From assembly GCF_000186885.1 (NCBI RefSeq), contig NC_014972.1:1590001-1622000 (forward strand): 32,000 nt of DNA, given 5' to 3'. Below are positions 1 through 10,472 of the stretch, piece after piece (the stretch's first letter is position 1; each line of letters begins with the position of its first letter). Under the pieces are notes generated by a model, which worked only from the letters and a program-made list of their open reading frames with translations, ran no database searches and was not told the origin of the DNA. The stretch is from Desulfobulbus propionicus DSM 2032 (lineage in GTDB: Bacteria > Desulfobacterota > Desulfobulbia > Desulfobulbales > Desulfobulbaceae). The position numbers were made by a program, and so were the translations under genes.

Positions 1-12
1 GCGTGGAAAGCA

Positions 13-606
13 TTATAACCACCGACTAAGAACGTTTTTGATTCGCGAAGAAAAACGTTCAACTTCTTCGTTTGTAAGTGATTCTGCCTTATACAGTGAC
101 AGCATTTTAAACCGACAGCGCCGCGCACATGCGCCCAACAAAGCAATTCTGAGAATCCGTTTGACCGGTTGCCACAACATCAGGCGATCCACCCACCAGG
201 GCGAACCAAGTGTAGTGATGGCAAGCATTCTTTGAAGATTGCGGAGCCTCGGTTGTATCGGTCCGAGATCGGACGCATGATCATAGGCAACTCCGGGCGC
301 CCATACACGATCAAACCAGCCTTTTAAAATTGCAGGAAATCCGAACCACCATGTGGGAAATACAAGAATGATGGCCTCGGCACTGAGCAACTGTGAGATT
401 TCTTCTTTGACGGAATCAGCGTGGAACGAGGGGCTGTAGTAACTTCGGCGTTCGCTTTCCGTAAGCGAAGGCGAGAACTTGTCTAGATATAAATCTGTAC
501 TAATTACATCATGCCCGCTATCGACCAAGGTTTGTATGGCCGCACGCGCCAGGCAGTGACACAGACTGTCAGGTAGAGGATGTGCGATGACGACAAGACA
601 TTTCAT
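13..606 (-). CDS. NAD(P)H dehydrogenase (quinone)/flavodoxin-fold oxidoreductase family protein
   Basis: Minus-strand ORF. Start placed at the internal Met (MKCLVVIAHPLPDSL, cat at 604-606). N-terminal flavodoxin-like motif, plus VFPTWWFGFPAILKGWFDRVWAPGVAY, typical of NQO1/KefF/MdaB-like proteins. Confidence 0.85.
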   Translation of the reverse strand: MKCLVVIAHPLPDSLCHCLARAAIQTLVDSGHDVISTDLYLDKFSPSLTESERRSYYSPSFHADSVKEEISQLLSAEAIILVFPTWWFGFPAILKGWFDRVWAPGVAYDHASDLGPIQPRLRNLQRMLAITTLGSPWWVDRLMLWQPVKRILRIALLGACARRCRFKMLSLYKAESLTNEEVERFSSRIKNVLSRWL

Positions 607-729
607 AACAGGGCGGCCGATCGGTTCCGGTGCCTGCGCAGGAAAATTATGTTTCCGCACAACAGGTCGGATTTTTTATGAATACCCCCTGGCCTCCTGT
701 TCTCGAGGCTATCGCGCTGGGAACCAGGG

Positions 730-761
730 GCACCGGGAGTTATAAGCCGGTGTCATCTTTT
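730..761 (+). terminator. Possible rho-independent terminator
   Basis: CACCGG (730-735) pairs with CCGGTG (746-751), followed by TTTTT at 757-761. Confidence 0.35.
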
Positions 762-891
762 TAGGGTAAAGATTATAAAGAACGCCGGAATACAAACAGG
801 AAATTTTGGCCTCGCAAAGAGTTCAATATCCCGTCCTCAGAATTTGCAACCTCAAGGCCAACAATCAATACTCCGTTAGTGTGCCCCAAGT

Positions 892-926
892 GTGACCTGG
901 ATTTTTATTCCCAGGTCACTTTTACT
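892..926 (+). terminator. Hairpin GTGACCTGG / CCAGGTCAC followed by a T-rich tract
   Basis: Perfect 9-bp inverted repeat at 892-900 and 911-919, 10-nt loop, then TTTTACTTT on the + strand. Confidence 0.45.
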
Positions 927-947
927 TTCTATCTATCTGAAATTTTG

Positions 948-1024
948 TGGAGCCGATAACCGGACTTGAACCGGTGACCTACTGATTACGAATCAGCCGC
1001 TCTACCAAACTGAGCTATATCGGC
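948..1024 (-). tRNA. tRNA-Thr(CGT)
   Basis: Cloverleaf on the minus strand: GCCGATA...TATCGGC acceptor stem, anticodon loop TTCGTAA, TTCAAGT T-loop region, encoded CCA (tgg at 948-950). Confidence 0.93.
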
Positions 1025-1100
1025 CTTGGAAGGTGTGGGACGCGCATGGGATGCTTTGAGGTTTTATCATGTAGCAATTTTATGGTACAGTGTCAAGGTT

Positions 1101-2576
1101 ATGAAACGCTCTTTGCTGCTGTTCATCATTCTCCTTGTTCTGACTAGCTGCCGTCCGGACGAAAGCCCTCCGCAACAACAGGCTGGGGGGACTGCAGTTG
1201 TTCAACCGGCGGCAGAAGTACCGGTCAAAAAGGGGTGCGGCGGCTGCCACGGCACGGTGCTCCTCGATCCGGCCCACCAGCAACTGGCCTGCGTATCCTG
1301 TCATGGTGGCGAGGATGATGAATCGCGGATCGACAAAGCCCATGCCGGACTAGTCGCCAGGCCCAGTCATCCAAGCCATGCCGCTGCAACCTGCGGTTCA
1401 TGCCATCCCCGGCAGGTGGCGGATGCCGCTCAGGCCACGCACTATACGTTGGCAAACAAGATCAACCAGATTCGCCATCATTTCGGTGCCAGGGATACGC
1501 TGCGCGCGCCGGGGGAAATTCCAGTCACCACCCCGCCCGCCACCCCGATCGCCTTGGTCGACGACCTGCTCCGTCGGCGGTGCCTGCGTTGCCATGTCTA
1601 TACCTCCGGGGACGATTATCCGGCCGTCACCCACGGCACCGGGTGCGCCGCCTGCCATCTCGCCTTCGACAACGGCAAGATGAAAAGCCACGCCTTTGCC
1701 ACTCCCACCGACAAACAGTGCCTGAGTTGTCATTACGGCAACTATGTGGGTAGCGATTATTACGGTCGGTATGAGCACGACTACAATTGGGAATACCGCA
1801 CCCCTTATTTTTCTACGACCGAACACAACACCGCTCCCCGGCCCTATGGTGTCGAAAGCCACGATCTGTCCCCTGATCTGCATCGGCAGCGCGGTCTGGT
1901 CTGTATCGACTGCCACCCGAGGAATGGCCACCACATCAAGAAAACGATCGACTGCCGCAGCTGTCATGGCTGGCAGCCTGGCCAGCCGTTGCCGCCAACG
2001 GGCAATGTGCAGGTTGAGGACGCTGTGCTGGTGCTGAACGGCCGAGGCGACGGGCGCAAGCATCGAGTGCCGGCGTTACGCCATTCGGCTCATCGTCAAT
2101 ACGGCCAGCAGGTGGCCTGTCAGGTCTGCCATGGCCAATGGGGATTCAATGATGCCCCGATTCATCTGCTGCTTTCCTACCACGAAGAGTACGAGCCCTG
2201 GGAACGGCTGACCGTGCAGGCCAGTTCCGAGGTCGAATCTCTGCTCAACCACAATCTGTATTATTCGGATGAGGAACCGTTGGTCATGCGGGACGGGCTG
2301 AACGGTGAGGTGCGCCCAGGCGTCTGGTATCAGGGATACGGCCAGCGCCGTTGGGAACAAATACTCGTCGCCCGGGACAGTGATGGCGTGATCAAGGTGT
2401 TTCGTCCCTTGCTCGATCTTCGACTGTCCATGGTCCAGGCCGACGGCCGGGCATCCTTCGACAACCTTGGCGGCCAATCGTCTGGACTCCTGCCGTACAC
2501 GCCACATACCACCGGTCATGCGGGCCTGTTTTACCTCGACCGATTCCGGCATCTTCTGCCGCACGAAAGCAAATAA
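1101..2576 (+). CDS. Multiheme c-type cytochrome lipoprotein (nine CxxCH motifs)
   Basis: MKRSLLLFIILLVLTSC lipobox-like signal. CxxCH motifs: CGGCH, CVSCH, CGSCH, CLRCH, CAACH, CLSCH, CIDCH, CRSCH, CQVCH. Confidence 0.88.
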   Translation: MKRSLLLFIILLVLTSCRPDESPPQQQAGGTAVVQPAAEVPVKKGCGGCHGTVLLDPAHQQLACVSCHGGEDDESRIDKAHAGLVARPSHPSHAAATCGSCHPRQVADAAQATHYTLANKINQIRHHFGARDTLRAPGEIPVTTPPATPIALVDDLLRRRCLRCHVYTSGDDYPAVTHGTGCAACHLAFDNGKMKSHAFATPTDKQCLSCHYGNYVGSDYYGRYEHDYNWEYRTPYFSTTEHNTAPRPYGVESHDLSPDLHRQRGLVCIDCHPRNGHHIKKTIDCRSCHGWQPGQPLPPTGNVQVEDAVLVLNGRGDGRKHRVPALRHSAHRQYGQQVACQVCHGQWGFNDAPIHLLLSYHEEYEPWERLTVQASSEVESLLNHNLYYSDEEPLVMRDGLNGEVRPGVWYQGYGQRRWEQILVARDSDGVIKVFRPLLDLRLSMVQADGRASFDNLGGQSSGLLPYTPHTTGHAGLFYLDRFRHLLPHESK

Positions 2577-2582
2577 TACCGA

Positions 2583-3431
2583 ATGGTCGCTGTGAAATAC
2601 CGGGCGCGTGCCGCTGTGACGATTCTTCTTGCGTTGCTGTTGGGTATCAGTTTTGGTTGCGCCTCCAAGGTGCCGAAAACCCGTGAAGGGGTCACCCAAT
2701 CAGGCAAAAAAAGAGCGAAAAGCAAGGCAACGCAACGGCCCTATGTGATCAACGGCATCACCTATTACCCCATTCCTTCGGCGGTGGGCTATGTGGAGCG
2801 TGGCCTGGCCTCGTGGTATGGTGAACCATTTCACGGCCGCAAAACTTCCAATGGCGAAACCTACAACATGTACGGCGACACCGCGGCCCACAAGACCCTG
2901 CCCATGGACACCATGCTGCTGGTAAAGAATCTGGAGAACGGCAGGTCCACGGTGGTGCGCATCAATGATCGCGGCCCCTTTGTCCAGGAACGGATCATCG
3001 ATTTGACCTACACCAAGGCCAAAGCCCTGGGCGTGGTCGGCAAGGGAACGGCGAAGGTGGAGATTGTCGCTCTTGGTGCGCAGGAACCGGAAGAAGCGCC
3101 GGCGGTGGCGGTCGCTCCGCCAGCCGCGGGCAAGCCGGCACAGTTGGCCAAGCCGAAAGCCAAACCGAAGAAGGCGCCGCCCATTCCGGATTTCGACAAG
3201 GGGAATTTTTATGTGCAGGTGGGGGCTTTCGTCAAGATCGAAAACGCCAGGACCCTGGCCAAGGCCTTTGCCAAGCGGGGGCGCGACGTCATCATTCAGC
3301 AGTATCCAGCTGCCGGCATGAACCTCTACCGGGTGATGATCTTTGCCAGCAACTCGCTGGCCAAGGCCAAACAGTACGAGCAGCAGATGAAGAACGAAGG
3401 GTTCCGTTACGCCTTACTGCTCGCCCGATAA
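2583..3431 (+). CDS. rlpA: RlpA-family septal ring lytic transglycosylase with C-terminal SPOR domain
   Basis: Lipoprotein-like N-terminus (LLGISFGCAS). RlpA double-psi beta-barrel signature (GLASWYGEPFHGRKTSNGETYNMY, VRINDRGPF). C-terminal SPOR-like FYVQVGAFVKIENARTLAKAF. Starts 6 nt after the cytochrome stop. Confidence 0.92.
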   Translation: MVAVKYRARAAVTILLALLLGISFGCASKVPKTREGVTQSGKKRAKSKATQRPYVINGITYYPIPSAVGYVERGLASWYGEPFHGRKTSNGETYNMYGDTAAHKTLPMDTMLLVKNLENGRSTVVRINDRGPFVQERIIDLTYTKAKALGVVGKGTAKVEIVALGAQEPEEAPAVAVAPPAAGKPAQLAKPKAKPKKAPPIPDFDKGNFYVQVGAFVKIENARTLAKAFAKRGRDVIIQQYPAAGMNLYRVMIFASNSLAKAKQYEQQMKNEGFRYALLLAR

Positions 3432-4088
3432 GCGATACGTTTCGGCGCCACGGACGGAGCGGATAAATTGCTGGATCAGTTGATGATTTTTTTTCCCCGG
3501 CGCATCTTCCAACCCTGAGTTGGCATCGACGCCATAGGGACGAACCTGCGCCAGCGCCGGGACGATATTGGTGATATCCAACCCGCCGGCGAGGAGAAAG
3601 GGTTTGCCCGGTTGGAGGCGGTCGATCACCGTCCAATCAAAGGAAAGACCGGTTCCTCCAGTTGTATTTTTTTGATAGGTATCAAGTAGATATCCTTGAA
3701 CACAGCCCTCGTAGGGGGCCATGTCCTCGGCCTTGCTGTGCTCGCCAACCCGGAAGGCCTTGAGCAACCGACAGCAGGACAACAGCGTGGACAATTCCCG
3801 ACAGTAGGCCGGGGATTCACTGCCGTGCAGCTGGATATAGGCCAATCCGCAACGTGTGGCGATCTCCGCCACCCTCCGCATGTCCTCGTTCACAAACACG
3901 CCAACCGCATCGACGAAAGGGGGCAGCCGGTCAATGATGGTTCGTGCCGCCTGCGGCTCGATACAGCGCGGACTCTTGGCAAAGAAGATGAAGCCAAGCG
4001 CGTCGACTCCAGCCTCGGCGGCACAGAGCGCGTCCGGCAGGCGAGTCATGCCGCAGATTTTGATTCGGGTTCGCCAGGGACGGTTCAT
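3414..4088 (-). CDS. trpF: Phosphoribosylanthranilate isomerase
   Basis: TRIKICGMTR, DALGFIFF, PFLLAGGLD, GVDANSGLED motifs; located in the trp cluster. Confidence 0.95.
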   Translation of the reverse strand: MNRPWRTRIKICGMTRLPDALCAAEAGVDALGFIFFAKSPRCIEPQAARTIIDRLPPFVDAVGVFVNEDMRRVAEIATRCGLAYIQLHGSESPAYCRELSTLLSCCRLLKAFRVGEHSKAEDMAPYEGCVQGYLLDTYQKNTTGGTGLSFDWTVIDRLQPGKPFLLAGGLDITNIVPALAQVRPYGVDANSGLEDAPGKKNHQLIQQFIRSVRGAETYRLSGEQ

Positions 4089-4849
4089 GCGGCGAGAAAT
4101 TCCCGTAAAAGCTGATCTTGCTTGCCGGCCCGCATCAGGCTCTCGCCGATCAGGGCCGCCTTGACGCCGGCCTCCTTCAACCGCTGCATATCCGCAACCG
4201 TGGTGATGCCTGATTCGCTGACCACCGGCGTGCCCTGGGGAATGTTTCGCAACAGGCGAAAGGTGGTTTCCAGGCTGACAGTGAAGTCGTTGAGATTGCG
4301 GTTGTTGATACCGATCAACCGGCTCTCGGCAGCCAAGGCCATGTCCAGTTCGTACTCGTCATGCACCTCGATCAGCGCATCCATGCCCAGGGATTCAGCC
4401 AGGAGCCGGTAATCCCGCAACTGGGCGGGATCGAGGATGGCGGCAATGAGCAGGATGGCATCGGCGCCGACCGCGTGGGCCTCCTCGATTTGCAACGGGT
4501 CGATAAGAAAGTCCTTGCGCAGCACCGGCAGGCTGACCGCCGAACGCACCAAGGGAATGTAGTCGAGCGAGCCCTGAAAAAAATCGACATCCGTGAGAAC
4601 GGACAGGCAATGGGCGCCGCCCGTCTGGTAGGCGCGGGCGATCCGCACCGGATCGAAATCGGGCTGGATGACACCTTTGGAGGGGGAAGCCTTTTTGGCT
4701 TCGGCAATGATCGCCACCCCTGGCGCGTCGACCAAGGCACGGATGAAACCGCGCGGTGGTTCCACCGATTGATTTCTTTGCGGCAGGCCACGCCGCTTCA
4801 ATGCGGCCACTTCTTCCTGTTTTCGAGCGACAATGGTATCGAGAATCAT
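4085..4849 (-). CDS. trpC: Indole-3-glycerol phosphate synthase
   Basis: IIAEAKKASPSKG, VLTDVDFFQGS, VLRKDFLIDPLQI, IGINNRNL, ALIGESLM motifs. 4-bp overlap with trpF. Confidence 0.96.
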   Translation of the reverse strand: MILDTIVARKQEEVAALKRRGLPQRNQSVEPPRGFIRALVDAPGVAIIAEAKKASPSKGVIQPDFDPVRIARAYQTGGAHCLSVLTDVDFFQGSLDYIPLVRSAVSLPVLRKDFLIDPLQIEEAHAVGADAILLIAAILDPAQLRDYRLLAESLGMDALIEVHDEYELDMALAAESRLIGINNRNLNDFTVSLETTFRLLRNIPQGTPVVSESGITTVADMQRLKEAGVKAALIGESLMRAGKQDQLLREFLAA

Positions 4850-4857
4850 GGTAGCGG

Positions 4858-5886
4858 TCAGGTTCTGCTGAAACGGATTAGTTGCTCAAGTTTATCGAGT
4901 GCCGCGCCCGAGCGAACAACCTCACGGGCCAGGACTATCCCTTGGCTGATGGTGTCGGCCTTGCCGGCGGCCATCAGCGCCGTACCGGCATTGAGCAACA
5001 CCATGTCCAACTTGGCCCCGGGTTCGCCGCCGAGCACTGCCCGCACCTGGACCGCCGATTCCGCTGCCGTCCGCCCGCCCTTGATGGCGGAAAAGTCAGC
5101 GGTTTTCAGCCCCACGCTTTCGGGTGTCAAGGTGGAGGTGGCTACCTGGCCCTGGAAACCGTCGGCGATGTGGGTGGCGCCGGTGACGGTCATCTCGTCG
5201 AGGTTGCCTTCACCCCAGACGATGATTGCCCGCCGCATGCCCAGGCGGACCAGGACTTCCGCCAGGGTAACGGTCAGCTCCGGGGCAAACACGCCGGTCA
5301 GTTGTACATTGGCCCCGGCAGGATTGGTCATCGGGCCGAGAATGTTGAACAAGGTGCGGATGCCGATCTCTCGGCGCGGGCCGATGGCATACTTCATCGC
5401 CCCATGGAGCATTGGCGCAAAGAGAAATCCAATCCCCACCTCGCGCACGCAGGCGGCCACTTTTGTCGGCGGCATGCTCAGGTCGACGCCCAAGGCCTCG
5501 ATCACATCGGCGGCGCCGCAGTGCGAGGAAACGGCCCGATTACCGTGCTTGGCCACCGGCACTCCGGCCGCGGCCACCACAAAACAGGTGGTGGTCGAGA
5601 CATTGAAGCTGCCCGAACCGTCGCCGCCGGTGCCGACAATGTCCATCAGCACTTCGCCGGCCGCAGTATCGATGCCGGTATCGATGAATGTCGCCTTTTC
5701 CCGCATGACCTTGACCGCGCCGACAATCTCGTCGATGGTCTCGCCTTTCATCCGCAGGGCGGTAATGAAGGCGCCGATCTGGGCGGTCGTGGCCTCACCG
5801 CTCATGATTTCCTGCATTACCCCGATCATTTCCTGTTCGCTCAGGTGTTCAAGGGCGACTACCTTGGCAATGGCTTCTCGAATCAT
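4858..5886 (-). CDS. trpD: Anthranilate phosphoribosyltransferase
   Basis: MDIVGTGGDGSGSFNVST, KHGNRAVSSHCGAADVIEALG, RTLFNILGPMTNPA motifs. Confidence 0.96.
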   Translation of the reverse strand: MIREAIAKVVALEHLSEQEMIGVMQEIMSGEATTAQIGAFITALRMKGETIDEIVGAVKVMREKATFIDTGIDTAAGEVLMDIVGTGGDGSGSFNVSTTTCFVVAAAGVPVAKHGNRAVSSHCGAADVIEALGVDLSMPPTKVAACVREVGIGFLFAPMLHGAMKYAIGPRREIGIRTLFNILGPMTNPAGANVQLTGVFAPELTVTLAEVLVRLGMRRAIIVWGEGNLDEMTVTGATHIADGFQGQVATSTLTPESVGLKTADFSAIKGGRTAAESAVQVRAVLGGEPGAKLDMVLLNAGTALMAAGKADTISQGIVLAREVVRSGAALDKLEQLIRFSRT

Positions 5887-5913
5887 GGTTCAACCTTTTC
5901 TGATTGCATGGAA

Positions 5914-6531
5914 TCACTGGCGCCTGCGCAGCAGTTGCGCATATTCCGGGCGGAGAAAGTTGTGCAGCAGGATATTGCCCGGCCCGGTCATGATCGATTC
6001 CGGATGGAACTGCACCCCCTCGATCGGCAGGGTTTTGTGCCGCAGGCCCATCAGCTCACCCTGGTCGGTATAGGCGGTAGCCTCCAGACAGTCGGGCAAG
6101 GGTTCTTCCACCACCAACGAGTGGTAACGCATGCCGTCAAAGGGGAGGGGCAGGCCGGTGAACACGCCGCGATTGTCGTGGTGGACGGGGCTGGTTTTGC
6201 CGTGCATCAGCCGGGTGGCGCGGATGACCTTGCCGCCGAAGGCCTCGCCGATCGATTGATGGCCGAGACAGACGCCGAGCACCGGGATGCGGCCGCTGAA
6301 ATGACGGATGGCGGCCATGGAGATGCCTGCCTCCGTGGGCGTGCAGGGGCCAGGAGAAATGAGCAGTCGGTCCGGTTGCAGGGCTTCGATTTCGGCCAGG
6401 GTGATGGCGTCGTTGCGGAACACGCGGATATCCGGAGCCTGCCAGCCAGCTGGCGCCGAAGGCGGGGCGGTGGCGAGGGTTTGCACGATGTTGTAGGTAA
6501 AGGAATCGTAGTTATCGATGATGACGATCAC
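5914..6531 (-). CDS. trpG: Anthranilate/aminodeoxychorismate synthase component II (glutamine amidotransferase)
   Basis: [47 protein letters not shown] class-I GATase motifs. Confidence 0.93.
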   Translation of the reverse strand: MIVIIDNYDSFTYNIVQTLATAPPSAPAGWQAPDIRVFRNDAITLAEIEALQPDRLLISPGPCTPTEAGISMAAIRHFSGRIPVLGVCLGHQSIGEAFGGKVIRATRLMHGKTSPVHHDNRGVFTGLPLPFDGMRYHSLVVEEPLPDCLEATAYTDQGELMGLRHKTLPIEGVQFHPESIMTGPGNILLHNFLRPEYAQLLRRRQ

Positions 6532-6534
6532 AGC

Positions 6535-8022
<1,488 letters not shown>

Positions 8023-8175
8023 GGGTGATGCCTGCGAGACATGGATGATGCGGGGATAAGTCGGCTATTTTTTGTCATAACCGGACTGGAAACCGGTTGA
8101 TCGGGCGGGCCGCCGCTCGTTCTGACTGCAGCTCGGCGCTCCCGGTACGTGAAGCGGAGCCCTGCCTGTGGACAA

Positions 8176-8212
8176 CAAAAAAGGCCATGGGGGGCATGTT
8201 GCACCCATGGCC
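8176..8212 (-). terminator. Rho-independent terminator downstream of rpsT
   Basis: GGCCATGGG / CCCATGGCC stem, followed on the minus strand by TTTTTTG. Confidence 0.8.
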
Positions 8213-8249
8213 TAAACCTCACCGATTCGGAGAGAAGAACGACTCCACC

Positions 8250-8522
8250 TTAGGCAAGGGGTTGCATCTTGTTGACTCGCTTGGTCAGACGGGAAACCTT
8301 GCGGGACGCGTTCTTCTTGTGGATGGAACCCTTGGTGGATGTTTTGTAAATCACTGGAATGGCTGCTTGCAGAGCGGCTTTGGCCTGTTCCTCGGAACCG
8401 GCGGCAATGGCTTCTTCAACCTGACGAACAGCGGTTTTCATGGCCGACTTGTTCATTCGATTACGTAAACGACGCATTTTAGCCTGACGATCTCTCTTCT
8501 CTGCTGACTTGTGATTTGCCAT
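8250..8522 (-). CDS. rpsT: 30S ribosomal protein S20
   Basis: MANHKSAEKRDRQAKMRRLRNRMNKSAMKTAVR... is characteristic of S20. Confidence 0.97.
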   Translation of the reverse strand: MANHKSAEKRDRQAKMRRLRNRMNKSAMKTAVRQVEEAIAAGSEEQAKAALQAAIPVIYKTSTKGSIHKKNASRKVSRLTKRVNKMQPLA

Positions 8523-8583
8523 GAGGACTCCTAACTCCTTATAAAAAGCATCAATGATGAAAGATTAAAAATTTAAAGGAAGT

Positions 8584-8612
8584 TTTATACAGAAAAAGCG
8601 CTGTGCTGTCAA
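8584..8612 (-). promoter_or_regulatory. Sigma-70-type promoter upstream of rpsT
   Basis: Minus strand TTGACA (8607-8612), 17-nt spacer, TATAAA (8584-8589). Confidence 0.75.
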
Positions 8613-8641
8613 GCAGAGTCGCGATATACCGTCAGAGATTT

Positions 8642-9625
8642 TCACTGGGGCGCGGCCTCGCTCTCCAAGGCAACCCCAATGGCACCGCTAAGATCGGCCC
8701 CATCGATCTTTGCCTCGCCCAGATCAGCCCCGGAAAGGTTGGCGCCGGTAAAATCCGCGCGATACAGATCGGCCTCGCTCAAGTCCGCCTCCTGGAGTTG
8801 CGCACCGTGGAGGACGGCACCCTTAAGATTGGTTTCGCTCAAATCCGCTTCCCGTAGATCGCTATTGGAAAGATTCGCCCGTTCCAGATCAAATCCCGCC
8901 AAATCCCTGCCGGACAGATCCACGCCGGACAGATCGCATCCAACGCAGCGTTCTTGTTCGAACATTTGATCGATGAGCGTCTGTTTGCCAGCGTTGATTT
9001 CGTCGGTTGACGGCGCGGTCTCCGATGCGGGCTCGGAGATTCCGGCGGCGTCTGGTGGGTCGGCGGAAGGCTGCGCAGACGTTTCGGTCGGAAGAGCGGC
9101 ATCCGCGACCGGTTCGATGTCCGCGGCCTGGAGCATGCTTTCGCTCGGTTGTTGCCTCCGCACCGGTTGGTTATCTGGAGGAGAAACCGGGGCAGCAGGC
9201 GTCTCCGGTCGCACTTGGTCTGCATGGAGAAGCCGATTGACAATTCGGCCTTTCATTTTGGTGGCCTTGAAGATGGCGCCTTCAAGAGAGGCACCGGTCA
9301 GGTTGGCTCCTTCAAGGTCGGCGTAAGCTAAATCAGCGCCATGCAGATTGGCGTTTCGCAGATTGGCTTTTTTCAGGTTGGCGCCGGAGAGGTCGGCAAG
9401 GGACAACTGCGCGCCGGTGAGATTTGCGCCTTCAAGGTTGGCGTTTTCCAGCTTGCTTTGCCGCAGATCAGCGCCGGAAAGGTCGCAGGATGGACAGGTC
9501 TTTGACTTCAGCAGTCGTTGCATGTTCTTGTGCACGACTGACCGAGTGGAAGACGCCGCCCAGCACTCGGGCGCCAACAGGCCAATGACGGTGGCCAAAA
9601 CCAGGAAAGAGACACTGAATCGCAT
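8642..9625 (-). CDS. Exported pentapeptide-repeat protein with two repeat blocks
   Basis: Signal peptide MRFSVSFLVLATVIGLLAPECWA. Many A(D/N)LxxA repeats in two blocks, each starting CxxCDLSGxDL, joined by an Ala/Pro/Ser-rich linker. Start placed at the internal Met (cat 9623-9625). Confidence 0.85.
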   Translation of the reverse strand: MRFSVSFLVLATVIGLLAPECWAASSTRSVVHKNMQRLLKSKTCPSCDLSGADLRQSKLENANLEGANLTGAQLSLADLSGANLKKANLRNANLHGADLAYADLEGANLTGASLEGAIFKATKMKGRIVNRLLHADQVRPETPAAPVSPPDNQPVRRQQPSESMLQAADIEPVADAALPTETSAQPSADPPDAAGISEPASETAPSTDEINAGKQTLIDQMFEQERCVGCDLSGVDLSGRDLAGFDLERANLSNSDLREADLSETNLKGAVLHGAQLQEADLSEADLYRADFTGANLSGADLGEAKIDGADLSGAIGVALESEAAPQ

Positions 9626-9755
9626 GGCATCCTCAAAAATAGGGGGGAGCGCTTCGAGCGGCACGCGCATGGGGGCGCGCACTGGCGGGTCACAGAAATC
9701 CGTCAGCGATCCTGCTCTTGCAGCTCAATCGCGAGCCAGCACCAGGGCTTGACCC

Positions 9756-10034
9756 TTATGGTTGAAGAGATGCCGCTCTGCGACCGGTTTTCTTTTGCGG
9801 TTGATTGTTTTGATCGTGTTCCAGCTTGTGTTCCTTGTCAAGTTCTTCCAGGTCCTTTTCTATTTTTTCTTGCCTCTTCTTGTTCTTCTCGATTTCCTCA
9901 GGCGTCAGTTGCGTGCGCTCGGGAGGGGATTTGGAAACATCAAGTCGAGGTGCGGCAAGACAGGCGGTGTTCAGCGCCGTCAAGACCAAAATTGTCGAAA
10001 GAGCGAGTGGGAGAATAACAGCCTTCTTCTGCAT
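9756..10034 (-). CDS. Small exported, highly charged hypothetical protein
   Basis: 92-aa ORF with signal peptide (MQKKAVILPLALSTILVLTALNTACLAA), then a Lys/Glu-rich segment predicted to be coiled coil. Confidence 0.6.
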   Translation of the reverse strand: MQKKAVILPLALSTILVLTALNTACLAAPRLDVSKSPPERTQLTPEEIEKNKKRQEKIEKDLEELDKEHKLEHDQNNQPQKKTGRRAASLQP

Positions 10035-10169
10035 GCTTCCTCCTGATAACCGTTTGCAAAGAGAACGGTCCCGAATGCCTTGTCAGATGCTGCTGGATGT
10101 TGGGTAAGAGACTGAAGGACAGATTTGCCGCCGGAATGCAAACTGCGCGTCTAGTTCCTTCTTGCTAAA

Positions 10170-10212
10170 AAAACGATAAAAAAAAGGGTAGCTGGATTAC
10201 TCCAACTACCCC
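10170..10212 (-). terminator. Rho-independent terminator of the tRNA-Val/tRNA-Asp transcript
   Basis: GGGTAG...CTACCC stem (10186-10211) followed by a long T tract on the minus strand. Confidence 0.75.
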
Positions 10213-10219
10213 TGTATAC

Positions 10220-10296
10220 TGGCGGGGCCGACGAGGCTCGAACTCGCGACCTCCGGCGTGACAGGCCGGCATTCTAACCAACTGAACTACGACCCC
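10220..10296 (-). tRNA. tRNA-Asp(GTC)
   Basis: Cloverleaf on the minus strand: CCGGC-CTGTCAC-GCCGG anticodon arm, GTTCGAGCC T-arm, encoded CCA. Confidence 0.95.
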
Positions 10297-10304
10297 AGTA
10301 TATG

Positions 10305-10380
10305 TGGTGGGCGAAACAGGGATCGAACCTGTGACCCTCGGCTTGTAAGGCCGATGCTCTCCCAGCTGAGCTATTCGCCC
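10305..10380 (-). tRNA. tRNA-Val(TAC)
   Basis: Cloverleaf on the minus strand: GGGCGAA...TTCGCCC acceptor stem, TCGGC-CTTACAA-GCCGA anticodon arm, encoded CCA. Confidence 0.95.
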
Positions 10381-10395
10381 CAAAGCGTGACGGTC

Positions 10396-10424
10396 TATTT
10401 AGCCGATGAAGCCTTGGCCGTCAA
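10396..10424 (-). promoter_or_regulatory. Sigma-70-type promoter for the tRNA-Val/tRNA-Asp unit
   Basis: Minus strand TTGACG (10419-10424), 17-nt spacer, TAAATA (10396-10401), just upstream of tRNA-Val. Confidence 0.65.
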
Positions 10425-10472
10425 GCAAAAAACATCACTTTCGTTGTTGAGCAAATCATAGCGGTGTGATGG

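Noticed and set aside
948-1024. tRNA-Thr as a possible integration site for a genomic island
   Set aside because: No integrase, attachment-like direct repeat or mobile genes nearby.
4361-6073. 570-aa + strand ORF opposite trpC/trpD/trpG
   Set aside because: Antisense shadow frame over recognised coding sequence, with no domain-like motifs.
8023-8175. Possible trp attenuator/leader peptide upstream of trpE
   Set aside because: A hairpin (AACCGG...CCGGTT) is present, but no short ORF with tandem Trp codons and no convincing terminator alternative was seen.
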